In this document: one piece after another, positions 9,511-19,850 of the stretch
Layout: every line of letters begins with the position of its first letter
How positions within the stretch are numbered: the first letter of the stretch is position 1
Assembly (NCBI GenBank): GCA_035298145.1
Contig: DATGYF010000821.1
Span: 1-31,001 of the forward strand
Length of the DNA stretch: 31,001 bases
From: Terriglobales bacterium
Lineage (GTDB): Bacteria > Acidobacteriota > Terriglobia > Terriglobales > Acidobacteriaceae
Direction: 5' to 3'
Position numbers and translations under genes: made by a program
The notes under the pieces: generated by a model
Seen by the model: the letters and a program-made list of their open reading frames with translations, nothing else
The model's database searches: none
Told to the model about the DNA's origin: nothing

Positions 9511-10719
9511 GTGGCGAACGTGAATGTGCGAAGAGGGGTGATCGGAATCCTGACCGGCGGCGGTGATGTACCCGGCCTGAATCCAGCTATCCGCGCCCTA
9601 ACCATTCGAGCGCTTCGGGAAGGTTATGAGGTGGTCGGATTGCGTCGCGGGTGGGCTGGTCTGGTCGAAATCGTGCGCGAGAAGGACTATGACAACAGTG
9701 ACAACTTTCATCCCCTGTCCGAGGAGCTAGTCAATCGAGCGGGACGAACCGGCGGGACGTTCCTGCATACAGCGCGCACCAATCCCAGCAAAGTGAAAAA
9801 GTCCAGTGTTCCACAGCATTTGCAAGACGCTTACAAAGGCGAGTTGAACGATCTGACCCCCGAAGTCCTGAAAAACCTCGACTGGCTGGGCATCGACTAC
9901 CTGATTCCGATTGGCGGCGATGACACCCTAAGCTATGCCGTGCGCTTATACCAGGAAGGAGTGAAGGTAGTCGCGATTCCCAAGACCATGGACAATGACG
10001 TGCCAGGAACGGATTACTGCATCGGTTTTAGCACCTGCGTGACTCGTACCATTGCCATGGCCAATAGCTTGCGCACCTCCGCCGGCTCGCATGAGCGGTT
10101 CCTCGTGCTCGAAGTTTTTGGCAGGTATGCCGGCTTTACCGCCATGCTGCCTACCATGGCCGGCGCGGCAAATCGCTGTGTAATTCCGGAACATAAGTTC
10201 GACATTGAACGCCTGGCCGAGTTGATGGCTGCCGACCGGCGCAAGAATCCGAGCCGCTATTCGGTAGTGCTCGTCTCCGAAGGAGCGATGTTTGAAGGCG
10301 GTGAGATGGTATTCGCGCGCGAAACCACCGACGCCTTCGGTCACAAGAAGCTGGGTGGTATTGGCGACCTGGTCTCCGAGAAACTGAAAGAACTCTCTCC
10401 TAAGTACAATGGTGGCAAGGTGATTGACATCGTGAATCAGAAGCTGGGTTATCTCGTCCGTTGTGGCGACCCCGATGCCATTGACTCGATTGTGCCCATG
10501 GCTTACGGAAATCTTGCGCTCGACTTGCTGATCGGTAAGATCCACGGACGGCTTGTTGTTCTGAAGAATGGCCGCTATGACAACATGCCAATCGACGCTG
10601 TGATCGCGTCGAAAAAAGTGGTGAACGTAAAAGAGCACTACAACATCGAACGACTCCGCCCGCACTACAAGAGCTTTGAGATGAAACCTCTCTTCATCAT
10701 GACCAGTGAACTGGGCTAG
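9511..10719 (+). CDS. pfk: 6-phosphofructokinase, PfkA family, PPi-dependent signature
   Basis: GILTGGGDVPGLN, GGTFLHTAR, IGGDD, PKTMDND, EVFGRYAGF. GTG 9511 (AGGTGG upstream) is preferred over 9481. Confidence 0.92.
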   Translation: MANVNVRRGVIGILTGGGDVPGLNPAIRALTIRALREGYEVVGLRRGWAGLVEIVREKDYDNSDNFHPLSEELVNRAGRTGGTFLHTARTNPSKVKKSSVPQHLQDAYKGELNDLTPEVLKNLDWLGIDYLIPIGGDDTLSYAVRLYQEGVKVVAIPKTMDNDVPGTDYCIGFSTCVTRTIAMANSLRTSAGSHERFLVLEVFGRYAGFTAMLPTMAGAANRCVIPEHKFDIERLAELMAADRRKNPSRYSVVLVSEGAMFEGGEMVFARETTDAFGHKKLGGIGDLVSEKLKELSPKYNGGKVIDIVNQKLGYLVRCGDPDAIDSIVPMAYGNLALDLLIGKIHGRLVVLKNGRYDNMPIDAVIASKKVVNVKEHYNIERLRPHYKSFEMKPLFIMTSELG

Positions 10720-10786
10720 AAAACGAGACATGCAGGCCGACGAATGCCTCACTCCAGAGGCCGCCGGTTATCAGCTCTTTCCTGCC

Positions 10787-13096
10787 TCAGATCACCGAGG
10801 TTTCGGTCGCCGCGAGCGCCACGCCAGATCCTGAGCCTGATACTTCCACTTCCTGAGCGTCCACAACCGCAATCGCGGCGGCGCTCACGATCTCCTCGAC
10901 CTCAGCCCCGCGTGGCACTACGTGAACGGGCTTGCTCATACCCATGAGGATAGGACCGAGGGTTTCGGCTCCACCGATTTTCGACAGCAGCTTGCAAGCA
11001 ATGTTGGCCGAGTTGAGATCGGGAAAGATCAGCACGTTGGCTCCGCCCTTCAACAAACTGAAGGGGTACATCTGCTCCAGTATCCCGGGAGACACAGCGG
11101 CATCTGCCATGATTTCGCCGTCCACCAGCAGCGTGGGATCGGCCTGGTGCAGCAACTCGACCGCTTTGCGTACCTTGTCACACAGGGGATGCTTGGTGCT
11201 GCCAAAGCTGGAAAACGAAAGCATGGCCACACGTGGCACCACGTCAAAGCGCCGCGCAGTTTCCGCGGTGCACAAGGCGATTTCCGCCAGATCCTCGGCT
11301 GTGGGCTCGATGTTAACGCTGGTGTCTGCCAGGAAGTACAGGCTGCCCGTTCGGGTCACGATAGGATAACAGCCTGAAACCCGGTGCAGACCCTCCCGCA
11401 TGCGCACAATTTGCAGCGCAGGACGGATGGTATCTGCGAAGTGCTGGGTAACTCCCGCGACCAGGGCGTCGGCGTCTCCCATGTGGACCATCATGGAGGC
11501 CAGGACATTCCGGTCCTTGAGCAGGGCACGCGCTTCGACAACGGTGACACCTCGGCGTTGGCGCAGGCGGAAGAGTTCCTGGACATAGTCTTCGCGCACC
11601 AACGAGACCGCGGGATCTACGATCTTAATCTCTCCCAGGGTCAGTCCCAACACGGCTGCCCGAGTGCGGATGATTGCAGGGTCGCCGAGCAGCATCGGAA
11701 TTGCAATCCCCTCTTCCAACAGGCAGTGCGCGGCGCGCAGAATCCTGTCATTGTCTCCCTCGGGAAAGACTACTTGCTTGGGTTTGGCCTGGGCCTTGTG
11801 GATCATGATGCGAGAGATTTCGTGGGCTTTGCCGAGCCGGTTCTCCAGTTGTTCGCGGTAAGCTTCGATATTCACCGGTTCTTGTGCGACGCCACTGCGC
11901 ATGGCGGCTTCCGCAACAGCAGACGCCTCCCACACCAGCACGCGCGGATCGAACGGCTTGGGAATGAGGTAGTCAGGACCAAACTTCAAGCGCTCCACTC
12001 CGTAAGCCCGACAGACCGAATCGGGTACATCCTCTTTGGCAAGAGCCGCCAGGGCTCGCGTGGCGGCAAGCTTCATCTCTTCATTGATTGCCGTGGCTCG
12101 CACGTCCAAGGCGCCACGGAAAATGAATGGGAAACCGAGCACATTGTTTACCTGATTGGGATAGTCGGAGCGCCCAGTTGCGACGATGACATCATTCCTG
12201 CTGGCCCTTACGTCTTCGTAGGAAATTTCCGGGTCGGGGTTTGCCATGGCAAAAACAATAGGCCGGGCCGCCATGGATCGCACCATCTCTGGCGTGACTG
12301 CACCTTTTACGGAGCAGCCAACGAACACGTCGGCAGCCTTCATAGCCTCGGCCAGTGTGCGTAGTCTGGTGTCATGCGCGAAGCGCTCCTTGTGGCGGTT
12401 CATGCCTTCCTCGCGGCCTTTGTAAATGACTCCTTTAGTGTCGCACAGAATGATATTGTCCCGCTTCACCCCCAGACGAACATAGTGCTCGGCACATGCG
12501 ATGCCAGCCGCGCCCGCGCCGTTGATGGCAATGCGCACGGCGCCGATGTCTTTACCAACAATCTCGAGCGCGTTGAGCAGCGCCGCTCCGGAGATGATTG
12601 CTGTGCCGTGCTGATCATCGTGAAACACTGGAATCTTCATGGTCTTCCGCAGCATTTCTTCGATGTAGAAGCACTCCGGCGCCTTAATGTCCTCAAGGTT
12701 AATGCCACCGAAGGTGGGCTCCAGGAGCTGGCAGACCTTGATGATTTCATCGGGGTCGCGGGTATCCAGTTCGATGTCAAAGACGTCCACATCGGCAAAA
12801 CGCTTGAACAGGACGGCCTTGCCTTCCATCACTGGCTTACCGGCGAGGGCCCCAATGTCCCCCAGGCCAAGGACTGCGGTCCCATTGCTTACTACTCCGA
12901 CCAGGTTACCGCGGGCGGTGTATTTGAAAGCATCGTGCGGATTCTGCTTGATCTCCAGACAAGGATCAGCAACCCCGGGAGTGTAGGCCAGGCTGAGATC
13001 ACGTTGGGTACGACATGGCTTGGTCGGCGTGACTTCGATTTTTCCGGGGCGCGCGCCAAAGTGATAATCTAGAGCTTGCTGCTTGGTCACTGGCAT
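10787..13096 (-). CDS. maeB: NADP-dependent malic enzyme with a C-terminal phosphotransacetylase-like domain
   Basis: [50 protein letters not shown], then a PTA-like domain ([15 protein letters not shown]). GGAGG SD before ATG 13096. Confidence 0.96.
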   Translation of the reverse strand: MPVTKQQALDYHFGARPGKIEVTPTKPCRTQRDLSLAYTPGVADPCLEIKQNPHDAFKYTARGNLVGVVSNGTAVLGLGDIGALAGKPVMEGKAVLFKRFADVDVFDIELDTRDPDEIIKVCQLLEPTFGGINLEDIKAPECFYIEEMLRKTMKIPVFHDDQHGTAIISGAALLNALEIVGKDIGAVRIAINGAGAAGIACAEHYVRLGVKRDNIILCDTKGVIYKGREEGMNRHKERFAHDTRLRTLAEAMKAADVFVGCSVKGAVTPEMVRSMAARPIVFAMANPDPEISYEDVRASRNDVIVATGRSDYPNQVNNVLGFPFIFRGALDVRATAINEEMKLAATRALAALAKEDVPDSVCRAYGVERLKFGPDYLIPKPFDPRVLVWEASAVAEAAMRSGVAQEPVNIEAYREQLENRLGKAHEISRIMIHKAQAKPKQVVFPEGDNDRILRAAHCLLEEGIAIPMLLGDPAIIRTRAAVLGLTLGEIKIVDPAVSLVREDYVQELFRLRQRRGVTVVEARALLKDRNVLASMMVHMGDADALVAGVTQHFADTIRPALQIVRMREGLHRVSGCYPIVTRTGSLYFLADTSVNIEPTAEDLAEIALCTAETARRFDVVPRVAMLSFSSFGSTKHPLCDKVRKAVELLHQADPTLLVDGEIMADAAVSPGILEQMYPFSLLKGGANVLIFPDLNSANIACKLLSKIGGAETLGPILMGMSKPVHVVPRGAEVEEIVSAAAIAVVDAQEVEVSGSGSGVALAATETSVI

Positions 13097-13252
13097 AAAT
13101 TCCTCCCTCGCACTGCATCTGCCGCCAGGGTCCCCGGAAACAGATAAACTCCCGAAGTATCCGAGCGATTTCCCGGAAGCCTCACGTATAGCCTTGCCCC
13201 AATAGCTCCTCCACACCCTCAATCTGTCCGGACCGCTGAGCTCGCCGTGGCC

Positions 13253-14788
13253 TCAATAGGCGAAGCCGTCGGCCTGCGCCACTGCGGTGGCATAGCCTGA
13301 ATGAATGATGAACTCCCAGCCGGCGGCCAGCGCTTTGCGGTCGATTTCAAGCAAAGTGCTGTCTTTGACCTTGGCTTCGAGGACTCCCAAAGCAGATTCG
13401 CGGGTCAAGCAGCTGGTCTCGGCCAACATGGCGCCGAGCATCACAATGTTTGCGGCCTTGGCGGAGCCTAACTTGTCTGCGATTTGCGCGGCGGGAACGC
13501 AGATCACGTCCGCTGCGGGAATGGCGAAGTCCTCCGGCAGCTTGTCGCTGAAGTAAACAATGAGTCCCCCGGGAGCCACCTGCGGCGCGAATTTGCGAAG
13601 GGCAATTTCGCTCATTGCAATTAGAACTTGGGGACGCGTGACGAGAGGCGAGCCAATACGCCGCTTCGACAGGCATACATGACAATTCGCGCTGCCGGAG
13701 CGCATCTCCGGCCCGTAGGAAGGAAGCCAGCTTACTTCCAGTCCTTCGCGCATGCCCATCTCGGCCAGTAGCTGTCCGAGCAAGAGCACACCCTGTCCGC
13801 CAAAGCCCGCAAGCTTGATGGTGAACTCCTGGAATGCATGTGCGTATGTTGGCGAGGGTCCAGATGCTTCTTGCTTTCGGATGTCGAGCACCTCTGAGAC
13901 AGGGCGCTGCGGGGGCGCCGGGCCAGGAGGGATTTCCAGCTTCCGGTCACGGAAAACGTTCAACGGAAAAGCGGGAACCATCTGTTCCGCTACCCAACGG
14001 CGTGCATCTACGGGATCCTTGCCCCAAATCGTCGGGCAAGGCGAAAGAATCTCGACAAACGAAAAGCCCAGGTTGTCGCGCTGATTTTCGAGGGCTTTGC
14101 GAATCGCCCGCCGCGCCCGCATGATGTTCTTGTTATCCGATAAAGCCACGCGCTCGATATAAACGGGAGCTTCCAGCGTGGACAGCAGTTCCGACATGTG
14201 CAGTGGAAAGCCCTCGTTTGCGGGCCTGCGTCCCCAGGGCGAGGTGGTGCTTTTCTGTCCCACCAGGGTGGTGGGAGCCATTTGGCCGCCGGTCATGCCA
14301 TAAATTGCATTGTTCACGAAGAAGACTGTGATTTTCTCGCCCCGGTTCGCGGCATGAATAATCTCGGCGGTCCCGATAGCGGCCAGGTCACCGTCCCCCT
14401 GGTACGCGATCACCAGTTTTTCGGGGCAAGCCCGCTTCAATCCTGTAGCCGCGGCGGGAGCGCGTCCGTGAGCCACCTGCACATTTCCCACATCAAAATA
14501 GTAGTAGGCAAATACCGAGCAGCCCACCGGACTGACAAAGATAGTCTGGTCTTGCAGGCCCAACTCTTGGATTGCCTCAGCAATCAACTTATGCGCAACG
14601 CCATGCCCACATCCCGGGCAGTAGTGTGTCTGGTGTTTTAATTCTGACTTGCGCTCGTAAGTGTCGTAGAACACCGGCGACTTGGAGTGGACTACTTCGT
14701 AAGCGTTGCTGCCGGCATGTGTTTCAGTCGGACCGCTGTTGCTCTCGACCGCCATCCTTGGCGCTTCGCTTTCTATGACTGTATCCAT
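13253..14788 (-). CDS. vorA: 2-oxoacid:ferredoxin oxidoreductase, fused beta (TPP-binding) + gamma subunit (VorA-type)
   Basis: HYCPGCGHG, YQGDGDLAAIG...NN TPP motif, YGMTGGQ, SPCPT. The second half has AGFGGQG and SYGPEMRSG (gamma domain). ATG 14788 is preferred; substrate range uncertain. Confidence 0.85.
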   Translation of the reverse strand: MDTVIESEAPRMAVESNSGPTETHAGSNAYEVVHSKSPVFYDTYERKSELKHQTHYCPGCGHGVAHKLIAEAIQELGLQDQTIFVSPVGCSVFAYYYFDVGNVQVAHGRAPAAATGLKRACPEKLVIAYQGDGDLAAIGTAEIIHAANRGEKITVFFVNNAIYGMTGGQMAPTTLVGQKSTTSPWGRRPANEGFPLHMSELLSTLEAPVYIERVALSDNKNIMRARRAIRKALENQRDNLGFSFVEILSPCPTIWGKDPVDARRWVAEQMVPAFPLNVFRDRKLEIPPGPAPPQRPVSEVLDIRKQEASGPSPTYAHAFQEFTIKLAGFGGQGVLLLGQLLAEMGMREGLEVSWLPSYGPEMRSGSANCHVCLSKRRIGSPLVTRPQVLIAMSEIALRKFAPQVAPGGLIVYFSDKLPEDFAIPAADVICVPAAQIADKLGSAKAANIVMLGAMLAETSCLTRESALGVLEAKVKDSTLLEIDRKALAAGWEFIIHSGYATAVAQADGFAY

Positions 14789-14804
14789 ATAAGGTGCCTG
14801 CCCA

Positions 14805-15857
14805 TCACACACCTACCGAGATCTGTTTTTCAATTTGTTCAAGTACCTCTTCGACCGAGGGCACGTTGCCGCCGACCCGGCCATAAAACGCTACCGGCTT
14901 ATTGCTTCCCACCGCCAGTTGTACGTCCTCTAGCATCTGGCCGTTGCTCAATTCCACGACCAGAACGCTTTCCGCTCCGGAGGCTATGCCTGCTAGTTCC
15001 TTCGAGGGGTACGGCCACAGCGTAATAGGACGGAAGAGTCCCACCTTCCAACCTCGCGTTCGCGCCTGTTCCACGGCCGAGCGCAGGACCCGCGACACGA
15101 TGCCGTATCCAACCAGCAGCAGTTCTGCGTCATCGGTCTCGTACTGTTCAAACATGGTCTCGGTCTGCTGCGCCCGGTCATATTTTGCCTCCATGCGGCG
15201 CTGGTGTTCCTCCAGGTCGTCAGGTTCCAGGTAGATCGAAGAGACCAAATTCTGGCGCGTCTCTGGAGTCCCCTTCACCGCCCAGGGCTTCTCTGGAACC
15301 ATCGCCTCCCGAAACTCAAGGTCCAGCGATTCCATCATTTGTCCTACGAAGCCATCAGCCAGCACGATCGCAGGATTGCGATACTTGTCCGCCAGATCAA
15401 AGGCCAACATGGTGAGCTCAGCCATTTCCTGCACCGAAGCGGGCGCCAGAACGAAATTGCGATAGTTGCCGTGACCGCCTCCTTTCACGGTGGCGAAATA
15501 GTCGCTTTGCTCGGGGGCGATATTTCCCAGGCCAGGACCGCCGCGCATGACGTCCACGATCACGCAGGGAAGTTCAGCCCCTGCCAGATAGGAAATGCCC
15601 TCCTGCATCAGGCTGAGGCCGGGACCTGAGGAAGCGCTCATAACGCGGACCCCGGCCGCAGCGGCGCCGTAGACCATATTGATCGCGGCGACTTCACTCT
15701 CCGCCTGGAGGAAGGTTCCTCCAACCTGCGGCAGATACAAGGCTGCCGCTTCGGTGATCTCGCTGGCGGGAGTAATAGGATAACCATAGAAGGCGCGGCA
15801 ACCGGCGAGGATTGCGCCCTTGATCACGGCCACATTGCCCTTACAGAGCCGGCGCAT
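14805..15857 (-). CDS. vorB: 2-oxoacid:ferredoxin oxidoreductase alpha-type subunit (VorB-type)
   Basis: [47 protein letters not shown] before ATG 15857. Confidence 0.88.
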   Translation of the reverse strand: MRRLCKGNVAVIKGAILAGCRAFYGYPITPASEITEAAALYLPQVGGTFLQAESEVAAINMVYGAAAAGVRVMSASSGPGLSLMQEGISYLAGAELPCVIVDVMRGGPGLGNIAPEQSDYFATVKGGGHGNYRNFVLAPASVQEMAELTMLAFDLADKYRNPAIVLADGFVGQMMESLDLEFREAMVPEKPWAVKGTPETRQNLVSSIYLEPDDLEEHQRRMEAKYDRAQQTETMFEQYETDDAELLLVGYGIVSRVLRSAVEQARTRGWKVGLFRPITLWPYPSKELAGIASGAESVLVVELSNGQMLEDVQLAVGSNKPVAFYGRVGGNVPSVEEVLEQIEKQISVGV

Positions 15858-16119
15858 GTTGCCCTCCTCGCAATCCCGCGGCTGGCTTCGGCGGCGCTGC
15901 CATGCGGAAGACGGTGATCGCTCCCGGCTCCGGGCAGCAGTAGAAGCAAATGCCGCAACCCGTGCAGCCGTCGCCCGCATACAATGCCGGATGCACGCCA
16001 TAGGCGCTCAGCTCATCGGCCAGTGCCAGACACTTTGGCGGACACGACTCGACACAGAGCCCGCATCCTTTGCACTCCTCAATGTTGATTTCGATGTTGC
16101 CCCGTGCCAGCCCCGACAT
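15841..16119 (-). CDS. 2x[4Fe-4S] ferredoxin-like delta subunit of the oxidoreductase
   Basis: [12 protein letters not shown] and [12 protein letters not shown]. Overlaps the start of the alpha-type gene. Confidence 0.9.
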   Translation of the reverse strand: MSGLARGNIEINIEECKGCGLCVESCPPKCLALADELSAYGVHPALYAGDGCTGCGICFYCCPEPGAITVFRMAAPPKPAAGLRGGQHAPAL

Positions 16120-16128
16120 GGATCACCT

Positions 16129-17451
16129 CTAGACTGCCTGCGTCACTTCAGGGTGCTGCAACCATTTCGTTCTTTCGCAGTATTCGTACAGTTCTGCGCG
16201 AAACTTTGGATCCGCGATCTGGATCAGAGCTCTGGCCCGCTCGCGGATTGATTTTCCGTGCAGATAAGCGACTCCATGCTCGGTCACGACATAGCGAACC
16301 AGTCCGCGCGATGTAACCACGCCGGCCCCGGGGCTGAGCATGGGCACTATGCGCGAGATGGTTCCATTCTTTGCCGTCGATGAGATCGCGATGATGGGCT
16401 TGCCGCCTTTGGAGCGGGAGGCTCCGCGAAGAAAGTCCACCTGTCCGCCAATGCCGCTGTAGAACTGGTTGCCAATCGAATCCGAGCAGACCTGGCCGGT
16501 AAGATCAACCTGCAAGGCTGAATTGATCGCGACCATATTGTCATTACGGGCGATCAGCCCAGGATCGTTGGTGTAGGCCGTGGGATGAAATTCGAAGATC
16601 GGGTTGTTGTCTACGAATTCAAAAAAGCGCCTTGTACCCAGGGCAAACCCGACGATGATCTTGCGCGGCTTGAAATTCTTGCGGGCTCCGGTGATCACAC
16701 CGTTCTCGATCAGGGGAATCACGCCCTCGGAAACCAATTCGCTGTGTACCCCCAGGTCCTTGCGATCGCCGAGAAAGGGCAGAACCGCGTCCGGGATACC
16801 TCCAACACCCGTTTGCAGAACTGCCCCGTCTTCAATCAGGCCCGCTACATTACGCGCGATGGCGACGTGCATATCAGTGACCGCTGGCTTCTTGAGTTCG
16901 CATAGCGGCCGTGACGATTCCACCACCGCATCTATGTCACTGATATGAATAAAGCTGTCGCCGTAGGTTCGCGGCATATAGTCGTTGACCTGGGCGACAA
17001 CGTAGCGGGCGCACTTGGCGGCGGTCAGCGTGGTGTCCACGCCTACGCCAAAACTGCAAAAACCGTGGGAATCGGGAGGCGAGACCTCAATCAATGCCAC
17101 ATCAATCGGCATGGCGCCGCTTTCGAAGAGCGCTTCAATCTCGCTCAGATAAATCGGAGTGTAGTCGGCCCGGCCGTCGTTGATGGCCTCCCGCACGTTG
17201 CCGCCGATAAACATCGCGTTGTGCCGGAAATGTCCCGCCATCTCCGGGGCTACATAAGGCGCACAGCCCATAGTCATCATGTGTACGATCTCCACGTCGT
17301 ACAGTTCAGGCGCGCGACGCATCAGGGCTTCCACCAGCGCCTCCGGCTCAGCACAACCCGGCTGAATATAGACTCGCGTGCCGGAGCGAACGCAGCGCAA
17401 AGCTTCATCCGCGGTTTGGAGTTTCTTCTTGTATTCGAGTTCCCAGGACAT
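16129..17451 (-). CDS. Acetyl-CoA hydrolase/transferase family (4-hydroxybutyrate CoA-transferase-like)
   Basis: VSPPDSHGFCSFG, LQTGVGGIP, GVHSE (catalytic Glu region), VDLTGQV, SGIGGQVDF, VVTEHG. GAGGAG SD before ATG 17451. Confidence 0.92.
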   Translation of the reverse strand: MSWELEYKKKLQTADEALRCVRSGTRVYIQPGCAEPEALVEALMRRAPELYDVEIVHMMTMGCAPYVAPEMAGHFRHNAMFIGGNVREAINDGRADYTPIYLSEIEALFESGAMPIDVALIEVSPPDSHGFCSFGVGVDTTLTAAKCARYVVAQVNDYMPRTYGDSFIHISDIDAVVESSRPLCELKKPAVTDMHVAIARNVAGLIEDGAVLQTGVGGIPDAVLPFLGDRKDLGVHSELVSEGVIPLIENGVITGARKNFKPRKIIVGFALGTRRFFEFVDNNPIFEFHPTAYTNDPGLIARNDNMVAINSALQVDLTGQVCSDSIGNQFYSGIGGQVDFLRGASRSKGGKPIIAISSTAKNGTISRIVPMLSPGAGVVTSRGLVRYVVTEHGVAYLHGKSIRERARALIQIADPKFRAELYEYCERTKWLQHPEVTQAV

Positions 17452-17462
17452 GTGCTCTCTCC

Positions 17463-17936
17463 TCAATGTGCCGTCCCAGCGGCGACAACTTCATGCTGGG
17501 CGTGCCGTTTGGGCATCCGTTCATAACCCAGGACGGCATAGTAAATTGCGGAATCGAAAAACTGATCCAACAGTTCCACCAGTTCCTGTTGGCCAAGTAG
17601 CTCGACGGGGTTATCGACTACCGACTCTCGCTTCAGGAACTCCCAGAGGTTTTGCTTGGTGAGAACAATGGCGCGGATCAACTGGCTGAGCGGCACTCCC
17701 TGAGCGGCACGACGGATCCCGATCGCCGTGTAACGATGCTCGATGTCTTGCTCTTTTCGTTCCAGCAGCCAATTGCCCAATTGATGGTAGATCTCGTACA
17801 CCCGGGCGTTCAGTTCGTAAATGGGAACCTTATGGTACTCACTGAGTTGCCCGGAAGCTTGGACTTTTTCGGAAAGACTCAACGCCAATGCGTTAGCGTG
17901 GGTCTCGATGAGCCGTACAAGTCTATTTGAGAGCAC
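17463..17936 (-). CDS. All-helical globin-fold/RsbRD_N-like hypothetical protein without the proximal His
   Basis: Helical pattern LVRLIETHA...VYEIYHQLGNWL...YTAIGIRRAAQGVPLSQLIRAIVLTKQNLWEFL...FFDSAIYYAVLGYE. GGAGG SD before GTG 17936 (alternative ATG 17966). The fold call is an inference. Confidence 0.65.
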   Translation of the reverse strand: MLSNRLVRLIETHANALALSLSEKVQASGQLSEYHKVPIYELNARVYEIYHQLGNWLLERKEQDIEHRYTAIGIRRAAQGVPLSQLIRAIVLTKQNLWEFLKRESVVDNPVELLGQQELVELLDQFFDSAIYYAVLGYERMPKRHAQHEVVAAGTAH

Positions 17937-18014
17937 CGGGATAGCCTCCCCGCTTTGTTCAGTCATTAGTGTCGATCCAGCAGGGGTTTCTCGCCATGAT
18001 CAGGAGCACAACCA

Positions 18015-18034
18015 AATGTGACCTGGATCACATT
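18015..18034. promoter_or_regulatory. Perfect CRP-type palindrome AATGTGA-cctgga-TCACATT
   Basis: 10/10 core (18017-18032) with palindromic flanks. Intergenic, upstream of the globin-like/CoA-transferase/vor genes. Confidence 0.85.
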
Positions 18035-18143
18035 ATTGATGTCGGTGCAGGACAGGGCTTTCGGGGGAGAGGTTACAGATGGCCGGCTTGAACGCTGATA
18101 CCACGGCAACGCACAGGCATTTGAGACTTCGCTAGGAGAGCTA

Positions 18144-19391
18144 TCAGGCCAGTTCGTATGCTGACGGTGAAAGCTGCCTCTTTACTGCCACTGAAAGGCG
18201 GCGTATGCCCTCACGTATTTGTTCTGGGTTGGGATGCGAAAAGTTCAGTCGCAAATGACGACAGCTCTCCGGGCCATTGCCGGCGTAAAACGAATCCCCG
18301 GGCACAAAGGCCACGTTCTCCGCCAGCGCGGATCGGAACAGCGACTGGGAATCCATCCCTTCCGGCAAGGTTACCCAGAGAAACAGGCCGCCCTGGGGGT
18401 GAGTCCAGGTGACTTCCGGCGGGAAAAACTCTTTCAGAGCCTGGAGCATAACATCGCGCCGCTGCCGATAGACTCCACGAATCAGCTTCACATGCTGATC
18501 AAGAAATCCCCCGCGTGCGACCTCAAATGCTACACATTGGATGAAGGTCGAAGTGTGCAGGTCGGCGCCCTGCTTCAATTGAACCAGCTTGCTGATGATC
18601 TTGGGCGGGGCCACGATCCAGCCCAGACGAAGGCCGGGAGCCAGAGTCTTGGAGAATGTGCTGAGATAGATGACGTTGCCGATGGAAAATCCGTTGTCGC
18701 GGCGCAGGTTCTCCCGGTCCAGCACAACCAGTGGCGCGATGTGTTCGCCTTCATAACGCAATTGGCCATAGGGATCATCTTCGACGATTGGGATTCCGTA
18801 CTTGTCGGCCAGCAGAATCAACTGATGGCGGCGCCCCTGCGACAGGGTGACGCCTGCTGGGTTCTGAAAGTTCGGCAGGATGTACATGAATTTTGGGCCC
18901 AGACGGAGCGAAGGCTCCAGCAACTCAGTGCGAAGCCCGTCGTCGTCAATGGGAACAGAGAGGTATTGGGCGCCGTAGCCGTTGAATGCCTGCAGTGCCC
19001 CGAGGTAAGTTGGCGCCTCGACCAGCACCCGGTCGCCGGAGTTGATCAGCAATTTCCCGATTAAGTCGAGCGCCTGCTGCGAGCCAGAAGTGATCAGCAC
19101 ATTTTCGACCTTGGCCAGGATGGCGTAGCGTGCCATATGGCGGGCGATCATCTCGCGCAGCGGCTCGTACCCTTCCGTCGCGCCATACTGCAGGGCCGGT
19201 CCGGCATGCGTGGCTAAGACTTTCTGGCAAGCTTCCTGGAACCGTTGAACCGGAAAAACCTCGCCGGCGGGCAGCCCGCCGGCGAAAGAGATCATTCCCG
19301 GTTGTTCGCTGATCTTCAGCAGTTCCCGAATCGTGGAACTCTTGCACTCCCGCGCACGGAGCGAATAGCGAGACTCCCAAAGAGTGGACAT
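18144..19391 (-). CDS. PLP-dependent class I/II aminotransferase (LysN/2-aminoadipate or aromatic/branched-chain type)
   Basis: ISFAGGLP, ITSGSQQALDL, PNFQNPAG, IVEDDPYG, STFSKTLAPGLRLGW (PLP Lys), LRLNFS. GGAG SD. Confidence 0.93.
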   Translation of the reverse strand: MSTLWESRYSLRARECKSSTIRELLKISEQPGMISFAGGLPAGEVFPVQRFQEACQKVLATHAGPALQYGATEGYEPLREMIARHMARYAILAKVENVLITSGSQQALDLIGKLLINSGDRVLVEAPTYLGALQAFNGYGAQYLSVPIDDDGLRTELLEPSLRLGPKFMYILPNFQNPAGVTLSQGRRHQLILLADKYGIPIVEDDPYGQLRYEGEHIAPLVVLDRENLRRDNGFSIGNVIYLSTFSKTLAPGLRLGWIVAPPKIISKLVQLKQGADLHTSTFIQCVAFEVARGGFLDQHVKLIRGVYRQRRDVMLQALKEFFPPEVTWTHPQGGLFLWVTLPEGMDSQSLFRSALAENVAFVPGDSFYAGNGPESCRHLRLNFSHPNPEQIREGIRRLSVAVKRQLSPSAYELA

Positions 19392-19477
19392 TGACCTGTG
19401 CTCCCTTCTAATACTCCGAGCTCAACGGCTGGGCTAAATTCGGCCCCCGCAAAAGCCGCTGCAGCATCGACTGCTAT

Positions 19478-19771
19478 CTAATGAATCGAGACCGCGAGTT
19501 CGGGTTCCGAAGAATCGATGATGTCAAACTCATCCACTCTCGGAGCGGCCTCTTCCCGCGCCCGCCTCTGAGCGCCGGCTCGCTCGAGCTTGTGCAAGAG
19601 TTCCGCAGCACACCAACGGCAACAGAATCCTTGCTGCTCCTCTGGTTCTCCGCCATCTCCAGGGGTCGCGAATTGATAGCTAAGTGCCGGAGGATCCAAA
19701 TGGCATACATCGCATACCTCTGGTACTTCACGCAACGGCTCAAGCGCAGAGAAAAATACACTTGGTTTCAT
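19478..19771 (-). CDS. Small hypothetical Cys-motif protein (97 aa)
   Basis: GAGG SD. CDVC...CCRWC pair, followed by a charged helix and an acidic tail. Confidence 0.55.
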   Translation of the reverse strand: MKPSVFFSALEPLREVPEVCDVCHLDPPALSYQFATPGDGGEPEEQQGFCCRWCAAELLHKLERAGAQRRAREEAAPRVDEFDIIDSSEPELAVSIH

Positions 19772-19850
19772 GACGCACCTCGTAAGAATTCAAGCTTGGG
19801 ATTTGTATCCAGGGCAAACTTTCCTTTCAGCCGGCGGCGGCAAACATCTT

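Noticed and set aside
13097-13222. Longer N-termini in the track for maeB (also vorB to 16001, hydrogenase large subunit to 22155, beta subunit to 25558, pfk from 9481, aceA from 7847)
   Set aside because: The extensions are low-complexity or overlap neighbours; internal starts have better SD sequences and match the family N-termini.
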